NCBI GenBank assembly: GCA_000182565.2
Contig: KQ257456.1
Strand: one strand, 5' to 3'
Source of the DNA: Spizellomyces punctatus DAOM BR117
Lineage: Eukaryota
Length of the DNA stretch: 64,000 nucleotides
How positions within the stretch are numbered: position 1 is the stretch's first letter; the number at the start of each line of letters is the position of its first letter. A program made the translations under genes and the position numbers. Under the pieces are notes generated by a model. It was not told the DNA's origin, searched no databases, and saw only the letters and a list, made by a program, of their open reading frames with translations. This document shows, in pieces, positions 63,617 through 64,000 of this stretch.

Positions 63617-63786
63617 CGAGAGAGAAATCTTTGCCAAGCAGGCTGAGCATCTTGTCGTTCCCCATCTACTTTCTTGATTATGAATTATTGAATACATACA
63701 TAAAAGCGCTTTAACTATCTCCCTAAGTACAAATCGCCACTGATAGTTGGATGCATAACTACAATTACATTTAAGTTCGTATTTTG

Positions 63787-64000
63787 CTAACGCAGCGCTA
63801 GCGTTGACGCAACGAGAACGGCGACGAACGTGAAGATGCCCGAAGCAGACTTGAAGGCCCCACTATTAGGGCCCATAGTGTCCGGAGTTGTTACAAGAGG
63901 GAGCGAGTTCATAATCTTAAACTGTTGACTATTCGTCGGACCAGGGAAAGTGTCAGGCACGCAGTTTCCGTTCGCAGGAACCCTCTGGGGGTCAAGGTCG
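63787..64000 (-). CDS. 3' end of a probable GPI-anchored protein (partial)
   Basis: Open frame ending ...GPNSGAFKSASGIFTFVAVLVASTLALR*: small omega-site-like residues followed by a hydrophobic tail. Confidence 0.5.
   Translation of the reverse strand, partial: DLDPQRVPANGNCVPDTFPGPTNSQQFKIMNSLPLVTTPDTMGPNSGAFKSASGIFTFVAVLVASTLALR

Noticed and set aside
1-64000. Many antisense and alternative-frame ORFs in the supplied track; CRISPR arrays or prokaryotic operons
   Set aside because: The ORFs are shadows of intron-containing genes. The sequence is eukaryotic and has no repeat-spacer array.

Overview
Gene-dense eukaryotic DNA with many short (about 50-70 nt) GT-AG introns. The gene content (centriole/cilium genes RTTN and TTC16, LAMTOR2, and fungal-type Trs65, Bem3-like RhoGAP and Pmp47) points to a zoosporic, early-diverging fungus, probably a chytrid; this is an inference. 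About 20 protein-coding genes are supportable, including CHC1, SNU13, SDE2, RTTN, a membrane-anchored phosphodiesterase, a bacterial-type NagD, an ABCC transporter, an M16C peptidase and PRP39. The strongest unexplained signals are non-coding. (1) A roughly 850-nt + strand RNA at about 24480-25320 has many nested long-range helices and a three-way junction carrying a P6.1-like hairpin, making it a candidate telomerase RNA. (2) The SNU13 3' UTR holds two box C/D-type kink-turns, which suggests autoregulation. (3) An unusually long PRP39 intron contains a cassette exon with a premature stop codon. All structures and splice sites were read by eye; no folding or homology searches were run.
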